The translations under genes were made by a program, and so were the position numbers. 64,000 bases of DNA from Octopus bimaculoides (Eukaryota), in NCBI RefSeq assembly GCF_001194135.2, contig NC_068986.1, forward strand, positions 38,261,178-38,325,177, written 5' to 3'. The notes beneath the pieces were generated by a model. The model was not told where the DNA came from. It ran no database searches and was given only the letters and a program-made list of their open reading frames with translations. Positions 27,615-39,711 of the stretch are shown here, in pieces (within the stretch, counting starts at the first letter, position 1; the number at the start of each line of letters is the position of its first letter).

Positions 27615-29272
27615 AAGAGGTTAGAAACCTTTCATACTTAACTCATTTAACTTCTTTCTGACTAGTTTGATTTTCTGTTGATGTGCAGCCTCTCCACTGT
27701 AGCTTCACAGTTGAAGGGAATCCTAGTTTTGCAGGCTACATGGAATCTTTTTAGTACTGATGCTATAGGGAGGAGGGAACCACTCAGCACATACTGTAAA
27801 GTAGTTGACATTAGGAAGGGTATTAAGCAATGGAAACCATGCCAAAACAGACCTAGGAGCACGAAGCAGACCTCAGACCCATCAGATCCTGTCAAGCCAT
27901 TCAGACCATGGAGCATGGACATTAAATGAGGATGATATGTACTTGTTAAATGTTAGTTCTTGTTCTCATTTTTGTCATTCTCCAGTTAACCCACCATCCA
28001 TCTAGTGTGTATCATGATATGACTGGTTGTGGCCATAACTGTCACAATATTTCATAACAAAGAATAAGAAAGCAGGTTTCCTATTGTGATTTATGATTAT
28101 ACTTTTGAGTGAGCTTTATAACTATGATAAATTTACAATTTTATGTCTATGCAGCTCACGTATAATATTTCCCTAAAAAATTGATATTTGAAGATGGCAG
28201 AAAGCAACACCGATAGTCTCATTCTTAATACTGACTTTGTTAGTTTTATCTGCTGTCTGACTTAACAGGGTTGAATAAGGGTTTACTATATATTTCCTGC
28301 TGGATTTCAGTATCTATAATATTAATATACTAGTTTATGCTGCTAAATGATTAGTTGAAGCAGGGAACAAAGACAGGGATAAGTGTTTTAGTGAAGGGGG
28401 ATGTGGTAGCAGTTAGAGGTAGGAGTCAGGGAATGTTATTATATTGGTTTCAAGTTTTGGCACAAGTCTAGTAATTTCAGGTGAGAGGAGTAAGTTGATT
28501 ACATTGACCCCAGTGCTCAACTGGTAATTATTTCATTGACCTCAAAAGGATGAAAGGCAAGTTGACCTCAGTGGAATTTGAACTCAGAATGCAAGAACAG
28601 AAGAAATGCCATTAAGCATTTTGCCTGGTGTGCTAATGATTCTGTCAGCTCACTGTCTTAGGGAGTGCTATTATATTAAACAGTGAGCATGAAAGTATAT
28701 CTATATTCTTGGAATGCAAACATTGTATTGTCAAGCTTAGATTTTCATTTTGTGCATGTGGAAGTATACATACATGTATGTGCAAGAACACAGCTACAAA
28801 ACACGATGGAGAAAATAGCACTCAACTCCAGGTACCAAAGGTAGGGTCAAATATTAAATTTTAGTGATACTGAAAAACCTTGCAAGAGATTACTGCTTCA
28901 GCTTCATTAATGATATTTTGCCGTGGGCTCTCACCAATGAAATTGCAAAAGTACCACCATGACATGGAGCACATATCAGGCATTTGATAACTGTCACAGA
29001 GTTCATCCTTCTCCAGAGAGGAACATAGAAAGAATGAAAGAGAGAAAAAGTTACTAGGGTACATGATTGATAGTTTATGAATTAACCTGAAAAGGTTGAA
29101 ATGTAAAGCTGATTTGAACTCAAGGAACAGAGAGAGAGAGAGCTGTAGTGATTATTGCAAGGCAATCTAGCCAACACTATAATGGCTAAGTCACTCCATT
29201 CTCTTATGCAAATGACTGACTCGACTTAAATAAAAAATACAATATATATGAGACAGACTCAACCAAAATATA

Positions 29273-29312
<40 letters not shown>

Positions 29313-29322
29313 NNNNNNNNNN

Positions 29323-29354
<32 letters not shown>

Positions 29355-30237
29355 CATATATGTGTGTGTGTAAGCATATGTGTGTGTGTGTAAGCAAGAA
29401 ACTGACTCGACAAAAATTTTAAAAAATAATATATATATACTTGAGTAGGTCTTTTGAATAATCTATTTTAAGTGATATTTCCTTTCTGGGTTAGAATAAT
29501 TAGCAGGCGGAAGGCTTCATGGATACTGCTCCCTGCAAAAAATATACAGATGTCAATAGACTATAGAAGAATAAGGTGACACATTAAATTACAGAGAAAA
29601 TGAGTCAGTCAGGAAAGTAATTTGTCACAACTGACCTTGCCAGAAAGGTTATATTATTTTGGCACAGAATTTGGCATATACTATGTTAGAGAGCTCTGAA
29701 AGTTGTATCCAATTAGCTATGGAAAAGGAAGTAGTATTACTAACATACTTCTTGTGTTAGATACTTTTATTTATTTCTATTGTTTTTTTTGTTCTTCCTT
29801 GATCATTTGTTGAGATTTTCTTTTTTCATAAGTAGCCAGTTGTTACTTGGTTGTAATATTTTAAAAGAGTGTAGGAAGTTTTCTTTTTATGTTTACTTGA
29901 GATTACTTACCCCCTAATTTCCTGCTGTCTCACTCTTTCTTGTATAACTAATAGATGAACTGCTATTATACATAGGAATATTTGCTAAAAAGTCTCATTA
30001 ATGAGTCTTTTGGCACAGGACCATAGTACCAATCATTTTGTGGGGCACGCACACACACACATACACAAACATATCCTTTAAGTTCGTTTACGGGAAAACA
30101 TTTTGAATATGCTAATAAAAGCTCTTCTTCTATTATGCCATCTACAGCCTAATGATTCCAACTGGTGACACCAGTTTTTTGGGGTTGCTCCAAGCTGTGG
30201 TGATATAATGCAGGATGAATATAGTAATAATAATAAT

Positions 30238-31190
30238 AACAAGAGCACTCAGAGAGCGCAAACGTCTGCCAAGGTAACAGCAACATCCTCTCAACGATTA
30301 GCCAGAGATGAATTTTAAAATGAGAATAAATGAAATAAACTGGACTGTTCTCACAAGCGAGAATACTAAAAAATGAGCCCAACTGTACTCAAACAGAAAA
30401 ATAATCCAAATATACATATATTGAAAGAGAGGTGAAGAGAGACGAGATGAAATACTAATGTAGTGAAGAAGAAGTAGTGAGAGTAATAGCCATGACTGAG
30501 AGGGAGTTAGAGAAAGTAATGACAATGAGAAAGGCAAAATGAAGTGGCATAGAGAGCGTTGCGTGAATGAGAAAGGATTGGGTGATAGATGACTAATGAA
30601 GAAAGGAGTGAAAAAGCTGATACACAGCATTTGGAGTGTGAGTATGTGTGTGTAAAAGAGAGGTATGTTTGCATGGATGGACATACATTCAGGAAGGCAA
30701 TTACCAACAAGGAAGCAAATGTGTGGGAGATCAAATCATTGCTTTCTCACTGGTAGTTGCCTTTCTGAATGTACGCTTAAATGTCTGTTTTCCTAAATAG
30801 AATGCACTTCATTTTTGAGGCTCTGTTGAAACTGTAAGGTGTTACTCAGGCACTCAACTGTGTGTGTGTGTGTGTGTACAATGGAAATGGGATGGTAATG
30901 TCCAATTCTGAAAATGTGTGAGTAAGTGTGTGTGTGTGTGTGTATGCATGTACAATAAACTATGTGAAACTTTACATGTAAACTAAAAATAATTGCAAAA
31001 ATAATCCAGAATCCTTGTCAGGTACCAGATCGATCCCAAAATCTAATGAGACTGTGCCACTCACGAGGCTAAATATCCCTGAAAGTTTCATCCGAATCCA
31101 TCAAGCAGTTCTTGAGATATCTTGTCCACGGACAAACAAACAAACACAACTGAAAATAATACCCCCGCCTTGGCTAAGTCGGAGGTAATA
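30238..31190 (-). mobile_element. Helentron-associated (HINE/DINE-1-like) non-autonomous element, copy 1
   Basis: Subterminal inverted repeats (acctccg..aaggc versus gcc.aagg/ggaggt), terminal hairpin gcactc-aga-gagcgc, internal (CA)n and T-rich flanks. Homologous to 36987-38099. Confidence 0.65.
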
Positions 31191-31663
31191 ATGGTTTCAG
31201 ATTTTTCCACAAGGGCAGCAATTTTGGGAGAGGGGATGAGTCAATTACATCGACCCTAGTGTTCAACTGGTACTTGTTTTATTGACCCTGACAGGACGAA
31301 AGGTAAAATTGACCTCAGCGGAATTTGAACTCAGAACATAAAGACAGATGAAATGCTACTAAGCATCTCACCCAGCATTCTAACAATTCTACCAGCTCAC
31401 CTAATAATAATAATGACAACAATAATGATAATAATAATCCATGGATGGAATTTATGGACAGAATATTTATAAATTCCATCCATGGATTATTATTATTTTT
31501 ATTACTACACACACACACACACACATAGTTGTTAGAATCTTTCCAGATAGTTTTTGTGTTTTAATATTTTGATTAGATATTGCAATACTAATAACCTCGT
31601 GAAGATCTTGGTATATGTATGCTTCTGAATGAAGTATTTGTCGGGTTCAGAGCAGTAATAAGT

Positions 31664-32081
31664 AAAGAGATGACAAAGGAATAATGGATTATCTTATGAA
31701 CTTCATTAGATTACAACTGTTTCCGCTCATAGTTGAGTGCCTGAGTAACCCCCTTATGGTTTCATCAGAGCCTCATAAATGAAGTGTGTTTTATTTAGGA
31801 AAGCAAAGACATTTAAGCATACATTTAGAAAGGCAACTACCAATGAGAAAGCAATGATTTGATACTCCCACACATTTGCTTTCTTGTTGGTAATTGCCTT
31901 CCTGAATGTATGCTAAAATATTTTTGTTTTCCCAAATAAATTGTACTTCATGTTTGGGGCTCTGATAAAACTGTTGGGTGTTACTGAGGCACTCAACTAG
32001 GAGTCTACCACACCTTATAGTGGAAGCAGTTATAAGCTAATGAGGTTCATGAGATAATTGGTCATTCTTTGTCATCTCTTT
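31664..32081. repeat. Imperfect palindrome of about 420 bp (foldback element)
   Basis: Arms aaagagatgacaaag...agttgagtgcctgagtaac...gaaagcaa pair with ttgctttc...gttactgaggcactcaact...ctttgtcatctcttt. A partial second copy is at 30682-30859. Confidence 0.8.
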
Positions 32082-35000
32082 TCCTATATATATCATCATT
32101 GTCAATTTGTCTGTCTACCTGCATGTCTGTCTATCTGACATGATTATGCAGAATATTGGAAATGATTGACATTCATTTACAACAATTGTGATGTAAAGAC
32201 AAAGAAACATACACTAACACATGCATATGTGTGTTGTGTGTGTATGTACACACACAAATGGCTTCTTTCAGTTTCCATCTACCAGATCCACTCACAAGCT
32301 TTAGTCAGCCCAGGGCTATACTAGGAGATACTTGCCCAAAGTAGCCTACAGTGGAATTGTTCTGCAATAGACTTCTGTGTCTGTTTTGGCATGGGTTTTT
32401 TTACAACTGGATGCCCTTCCTAACACCAGCTACCCAGCAGAGTGGACAAGTATAGTGTTGGGGGGAAAAAACTGAAGTTAAACGATGAGGTACACCAAAA
32501 TTGATTATGTGAGTCTGAGAAAATTCTGTCAGTACATGGTGTGATCTGAAGGGAAACTACAAATTGAAAGAATGTGGCAGATGGGTCTTATAAGTCAGTA
32601 GCTTTTGTAGGAGGTTGATCTTTTGAATGTTTCAAGGACAAGGGCTCACTGGTGAGTGATATAGCAGAGTAAGTCTTCTCAGTTTTACCAAGAAAAAAAT
32701 GTATATTGGAAAAAAATACAGACATAAGGAAATATATACATTATTCAGTGTGGTAACTATTACTGTTCGTAGTTAGTATCAGTTTGTCATGAAAAGAAAT
32801 AGTGGCTTTATTGATGATATTTAATTGATATTTTGCATAGTCCTCCATTAGACCAATTTCCCATTTACCCAGATTAGCAAGTTTCTGCTTTTAGGAGGCC
32901 CTCAGGATCAATTTATGAGTGTTACAGTCTCTAGTCTTGTTGGCAAGCTAGTCGATACTACTACACTTTCAGTCATAGGACTAGAAAATCCCACCATTCA
33001 TAATTATTTTTTTTCCTTTGTTTTTATTTTAGAAATATGCAAAAGCTTCATCATGCATTAAGAACATTTCTTGTAAATTAATTGTTTAGAAAGTTGTCGA
33101 GACAAATGGAAATGGATGCAATAAATTTTCCAATAAGACACAGGTAATTTTCACTGGAATCATTGACTCATTAATTATACATTATTAACATTTGGTGTTG
33201 TGTGTCACTTATTTTCCCTGCTAGAAACAGCAGCCAAATTTTCATCAAATTAAACCAAATGATGGTGTAATCACAACTGGAGAGCCATTGATCATAGATC
33301 TGCTCATTTAGAGTAAACCTAGAGTTCAGCAACAACAAACCAAGCAAAACACGGACATGAGTTAAGAATTACTTTGTTTCCATTCCAATACTAGTAGTTA
33401 CTGTTATTAATTTGGTTCCCAATTTCAAATAATGTCTTTAAAAATCTGACAAAATATGATTGGAAAATCAAGCAACATTTCAAACATCATCTTTACAGAC
33501 TTTTTTTCTAATTTTTTGTTTTGTTTTCTCTTTTGGCTGCTTCAGACCCGCTAAGATCAAACTTGTAAGTTTTGGGGTAGGGTGTCATTTGAAATTTCCC
33601 AGTTTGATTACTGTCAATTGAAACTGAACTGTTTTTCCTACCTGTTTTTCCTAACTGAACTGTTTTTTGTTGTTCACAAATATTTTTTCTCCACCCTCTT
33701 AAATCCCACCCCAACCACTTAGTTGAGAGGGCCTTTTCCCCCATCTTCCCTTTTCTTATTGTTTCCTATCTTGCAAGTTACTTGGCAACCCCACTAGTGC
33801 CAGTAGCACAAAAAAAAAAAGAAGAAAAATGCACCTCGTACACACTGTAAAGCAGTTGGCTTTAGGAGGGGCATCCAGCCATAGAAACCATGTAAAAGCT
33901 GACATGGAGCACAATGCAGCCCTGTAACTCACCAGATCCTGTCAAACAGTCCAACCTATGCCATCATAGAAAATGGATGTTGAACAGTGATAAACGATGA
34001 TATATTTTGTGTAGAGGGTTGCATATTTCTCATTGCATTTGATACATTTTTTTATGAAAATCATAGCTTCTTAATTCGGGACACAACTAAACACTGCAAG
34101 TTATTTTGTCGTACATTCTAGTAATTCTGTGTATCATTGCCTTAGTAAGTTCCTAAACTTGGCATCACATTGTTCATTTTGCAACTGCTGCTACAATTAT
34201 TAGGATAAAAATATACAATGTAACTGTTACTTAAATTAATGTTGTTTTGTTGTGGGATATAGAATGTTATGTTATTAAAATGCATTAACAACCTGCAGTT
34301 TCTAAATCTAATCCTAATGGGATACTGGGGAATACATTCTTAGCTTTATACTAAAATTTACAAGGTATATGTTTATATATTCTAATTATTAGGGAGTAAG
34401 AAGTTTCCATTGCGATTTTTTAGTTTGAACCAAGTAAAATACAGTGGAACTTTGCCAACAGTTTGTGTTCTAAGTATAGAAAAATATATATGGGAACACT
34501 ATCTTTAATTAATTCAGCAATTAATTAACAATTATCTGCTATAAATATCCTTGTTACTTGTTATGTCTACAGTTTGATGTCAGTGGAGCTTTTAGTAAAT
34601 TAAAGCCTGATTTCATTTGTCTTTTATTGTGGGTTATTCACACTTTAATTTATGAAAATTGCAACTGTTAGTGTGGAATGTGGACTGTGACCTGAAAAAC
34701 TCAATGTAGTTTCATTTGAGGTTTCATGTACCTTTAAGCATTGGCTGTTTGTCTTTGCAAAATGTAAAAATTATCTAGTGACTTTGGTCTGAGGCTCCTA
34801 GTGAATTCTGTTTTCCAAGAATATTTTGAAATTGAGTGTACAATTTATGTGATGTTTTAACTACTTTAGCTAGACCACAGCCTGTTGATGATTATGTAAG
34901 ATCTTTATTGAATTCAGCATAGGCAATAACTTCAAAAGTGTCATAGATAACAAAATTGATGAATATATTTGTGATACATTCCTAATCAGAATCTCTTCTG

Positions 35001-35553
35001 CTCAGACTGCTACAAGACAGAACTCTAACTTTGGTTGTAGATCAGGTTCATGCTTTTGAAACGGCCATGAAAGATTAGCAGGCTTAGGACTCTGCTCATT
35101 AGCCTCCACTGAAGTGGCTTGAGAAGAATTTTTGAATTCTGAAACAAATCACACCTCTTATGTAGCTGCACATTGTCAAACTCAAAGGTGCTATTTCTGT
35201 GATGTGGTTGTCCTCAATGTCCAGCTTATGATACTACTATCTCTTGTTTCAAGTGTAAGAAAGGGAACATTTTTCAAAGGTCTATCAATCCTCAAAAGAA
35301 CTAGTGAGCACTTCTGTTCTCTCTGTTACATAGGCTTGAATCAATCTCAGTATTTAAGCTATGCATAGTAGTACTGTAGTACACGTGTTGTGTACACTCC
35401 TACAACACTGTTTTCTTTATGTGTTATAAAGACAGAATTCTATCTGCCTTCAACTCAGTCACGCACCTGTGTTTCGTTTATTTTTTGTGTGCTTTACTAC
35501 ATAAAGGTCACCAACTGTCTACCTTGAGTAATTATTAATGGCATGTGCCTGGC

Positions 35554-35604
<51 letters not shown>

Positions 35605-36149
35605 CATGTGTATCAAAAGAAATTCATTGACTATTGACCTAGCTATTCACGGAAGACAGTTTCTGTAAAATATAACTTGATCTGCTATATATAAAGCAGT
35701 CTGTTTATTATGTATGGTATTGGGTGACCAGCTGAAATGTTTGACAACTCACATCCTGTCACTAGCACTGACTCCATTGTTTCTGTGATAAAGATACTTT
35801 TAATGATATTTAAAAAAAAAAAATACTAAATCACTTAGGCTAACTACTCAAAGACACTATCTCCAAGGAAAAATACTTAATATAGCAAATATCAGAAATC
35901 TAGTTAGAAATACTTAACAATGGCAAGGCAACATTGCCTCAATGACTAATGTGATTTTAATTAATTTGGCAAGTACAGGAAACAACTCTAGACATATTTT
36001 AGCTTTATTAGATCTGGATCTTTTCCCTTTGAACGGCACATTGAGAAATGAATTTTTTGTAACTAAACACTTTCAAACTTCGGACAGAATGTGTCGTATA
36101 AAACATATTTTACTCTTAGCCCTAGTACTTACTTTTTGAAATTCTATCT

Positions 36150-36485
36150 GACTGGCATGTAAAAAGCACTGTTTGAGCATTGAATCTCATGGAGGTAGTG
36201 GCAGGTACCTGAGTCCTTTAGCGATATACCGTGCGTGTGTAGACCTGTCAAGCCAAGTGAGATCGTAGTTGTGGCTGATGCTGGTATCATATCCATGGCA
36301 CCTGTGCTGGTAGCACATAAAAAGCACCCACTATACTCTCGGAGTGGTTGGTGTTAGGAAGGGCATCCAGTCATAGAAACCTTGCCAAATCAGACTGGAA
36401 CCAGATGCAGCTCCCTGGCTTATCAGTTTTCTGTCAAACCACCCAACCCATATCAGAATGGAAAGCAGATGTTAAATGATGATGA
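36150..36485 (+). mobile_element. RTE LINE 3' end
   Basis: gtcaagccaagtgagatcgtag...gagtggttggtgttaggaagggcatccag...gatgttaaatgatgatgat. Confidence 0.8.
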
Positions 36486-36986
36486 TAATGATTTTATTGG
36501 TCTCTTTTGCTGAATTGTTAGGTTACAGGGACCTAAACAAACACAGACACACACACACACAAGCCTATATACAAAAATGGGCTTTCACGATTTTCCATCT
36601 ATCAAAGTCACTTGCAAGTTATTGGTTCCCCTTCAGCTACAGTAGAAGGCACTTGTGCAAGGTACTGTGCAGTCGGTCTGAACCTGAAACTACATAGTTG
36701 CAAAGTGTGCTTCTTAAGTCCACATTTAAGTTAACTTGCACCAGATGAACTATATGAAGTTGAGATCTTCATTGATATCTAAACAATTTAATAGACTGTG
36801 ACTAAGCCAAGAATTAAATTTGTTTGAACTCAATAAAATATGAAATTCACCAGTGTCCAACCTTGTAACTTACCAACACTGTATAATATTTATTTTTCTA
36901 TGGTTAGATTATTGTCTAGATTCTTATAGTTTTATAATTCTTCACTCTGTTTCTAATGAAATACATTATATACTTTGCAGTTTTAT

Positions 36987-37288
36987 TATTACCTGTGCCT
37001 TAACGAAGGCAGAGGTGTTGTTTTCAGTCGTGTTTGTTCGTCCGTGGACAAGATATCTCAAAAACCGCTGGATGGATTCAGATGAAACTTTCAGGGATGT
37101 TTGGCCTTGTGACTGGCACAATCTCATTAGATTTTAGGATCTATCTGATTCCAGACAAGGATTCTGGATTATCTTTCCAATTTTTTTTACTTTGCATGTA
37201 TATGTAAAGTTTCACATAGTTTTCTTGTACACACATACATACACACACATTTTCAACATTGAACATTACTATCCCATTTCCATTGCAG

Positions 37289-37319
<31 letters not shown>

Positions 37320-38099
37320 AACATGCCACTCTTTTACATACACATATACTCACACTTCAAACACTGTTTATCGGCTTTTTCACTCCTTCCTTCATTATTC
37401 ATCTATCGTGCCCAGCGTCTCCTTTCTGGCACTTGTGCCCGTGGCATGTGTAAGGACTTTCAAGCGAGATCGTTGCCAGTGCCCCTGGACTGGCTCTTGT
37501 GCAGGTGGCACATAAAATAACACCATTTAGAGTGTGGCCGTTGCCAGTACCGCCTGACTGGCCTTCGTGCCGGTGGCACGTAAAAGCACCCACTACATTC
37601 TCAGAGTGGTTGGCATTAGGAAGGGCATCCAGCTGTAGAAACTCTGCCAAATCAGATTGGAGCCTGGTGTAGCCATCTGGTTTCACCAGTCCTCAGTCAA
37701 ATCGTCCAACCCATGCTAGCATGGAAAGCAGACGTTAAACGATGATGATGATGACAACGCTCTCTTTACCGTTTATCTCCTACCTTCACCTCTCACTCCG
37801 GCTCTATTTTATACACACACACACACACACACACACACAAATATATAGAAAGAGATTATACATACATTTTAACACATTACAGTATACTTACATAAATGCA
37901 TAATTCTATACATCAATCTAAAACAACAGGGTTATGAAAGGAAGACCGGAATTTAAGAGAAGAGAAAATCAAAAGGTCTTGTGATATTCATTGAAGGATT
38001 TTATTTCAGATATTTTCATTTTAAAAATCATCTGGTTAATCATTGAGAGGACATTGGTGTTGTGTTGGTGGAGGTTTGCACTCTCTGAGTGCTCTTATT
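36987..38099 (+). mobile_element. HINE/DINE-1-like element, copy 2
   Basis: Starts tattacctgtgccttaacgaaggcagagg and ends ggtggaggtttgcactc-tct-gagtgctcttatt. Carries an RTE 3'-end insertion. Confidence 0.65.
37405..37753 (+). mobile_element. Young RTE 3'-end/SINE-like insertion
   Basis: CpG-rich and nearly identical to 41270-41672. Ends ggaaagcagacgttaaacgatgatgatgatg. Confidence 0.85.
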
Positions 38100-38802
38100 C
38101 TCATTTTAATGTCCTTTGTCTGGAAATCTTTTGTCACACATCCTGTGACCTCTTCTGTGATTTGCCATCCCATGTATCTCCTGTTCTGTTTACTCCATTC
38201 TGTCTTTCTGTGGTGTGTATCCTTATTTGTACATGTTTGTGTGTGTACATGCGTATGCATCTCTATGTCTAATATGTGTGTTTTGTGTGTATGTATATGG
38301 GTTTGCTTACTACACTGTTTGTAACCATGTCTTTTGTTTATTTTTTTAATTATTATTATTCGTTTACTTATTTATTTGAAATAATAAACAATTTGAAAGG
38401 GTTTTTATTAAATCCCCACCTTTTTTGTCTTTTAACTCTTAGATGCCTACTGAGCTTAGCTCATCAACAACTTTTCTTCACTGTTTTTGACTCTAGTTTG
38501 TCTTTCCTGCATCCCCCCTGTTGATTCTCTGCTTTTTCAGTTTCTGCATTGTGTTTCCCTGAGGGAAAGTCTTCCCCTCTCAGATTTTGGTGGTTTTGAA
38601 TTGTTTTCAATGTTTTTGTCACTTTGCTTTTTTTCTTAGATAGTGATATTGGCCCTGCACAAACCCATTTTTACCTCTGGAAAGAGGTAGTCCATATTAG
38701 TCTGGCCTCTACTCTTTGAACTGTTGATCATGGAAGGTCCTATCAGGAAAGAGCCTGGCAAAGCTCTTAGCCACACAACCACCACACCTCTTCAATGACA
38801 AT

Positions 38803-39232
38803 TACTGCCATCAATTCACTGCAGGAGAACTTCACCTTCATTAATTCACCGCAGAGGAAGTTTACTGCCATCAATTCACCGTGAAGAAAGATCACCGTGA
38901 GGAAGATTCACCACGAGGAAAGTTTACCAAGAAAATATATTCATAGTATCTCACTATTAATAGTTAAGAAACTATTTTATTGAAAAAATAAAAACGGTGA
39001 ATTGATGATGGTAAACTTTCACTATAATGAATTTATGATGGTGAACTTTCACTACAGTGAATTGATGACGGTCAACTTTCCCTGTGGTGGAACTGATGGC
39101 AGTGAACTTTCCCTGTGGTGAATTGATGACAGCAAACTTTTCCTGTGGTGACTTGATGGCGGCAAACTTAACCTGTGGTGAATTGATGACTGTGAACTTT
39201 CCATGTGATGAATTGATGGTGGTGAATTTACT
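38803..39232. mobile_element. Foldback-type element with inverted arrays of a 30-bp unit
   Basis: Left array of actgccatcaattcacc... units and right array of ...ggtgaattgatggcagt units around an AT-rich core. An inverted second copy is at 43173-43367. Confidence 0.7.
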
Positions 39233-39596
39233 GCACATGAACAAGGACTGGACCAAATGGGGAATTTAATGAAACACCCAACTGAACATGCCAATTAATG
39301 CAACTTATGCTAGAAAGTTTTGATGTAAATAAGAACAGTTGGAAACCAGTTGTTTTGTGTCAGAACTAATGATGTCAAGTAGGTTGGTGTCAGAAAGGTT
39401 AATTAGCTTCTCTTGTGTAATATTTCCACTGCTTTTTGCTATCATATGAAATATGTTTGAGTTTGTTATTTATTAATTTGTTTCAGGTACTTGTTATTTT
39501 AGTCATTGAAATTAAGAAATAATAATTTCTTCATTATCTTTCTTTTTTTTTTCTAGAAATAAAGTGAAAGTTTTGAATCATTTATGGCTAAATATA

Positions 39597-39711
39597 ATGC
39601 CACGAACTTACAGCTTGTCAGAAGGATTAACCAATGTTTCCAAAGATCGTAGCGGTAATGTTCCAAAGGGAACTCCAGTACATGAGGTAAAACCTAACCA
39701 TAACGGACATG
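39597..39711 (+). CDS. OSBPL8: ORP5/8-like gene, first recognisable coding exon (MPRTYSLSEGLTNVSKDRSGNVPKGTPVHEVKPNHNGH-G)
   Basis: Polypyrimidine tract and ttctag acceptor end at 39556. ATG at 39597. Donor G|gtatgt follows 39711, leaving phase 1, which matches the phase-1 start of exon 49649. The sequence itself is not recognisably conserved, so the call rests on splice signals and phase. Confidence 0.65.

Noticed and set aside
28861-29064. Minus-strand ORF with a pyrimidine tract, possible antisense exon
   Set aside because: No recognisable protein, a weak acceptor and donor, and no partner exons.
38803-39232. 30-bp periodic repeats as a CRISPR array or a repeat protein (ORFs 38972-39269)
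   Set aside because: There are no unique spacers, the units are degenerate and inverted, no cas genes are present, and the context is eukaryotic. The ORFs only mirror the 30-bp period.
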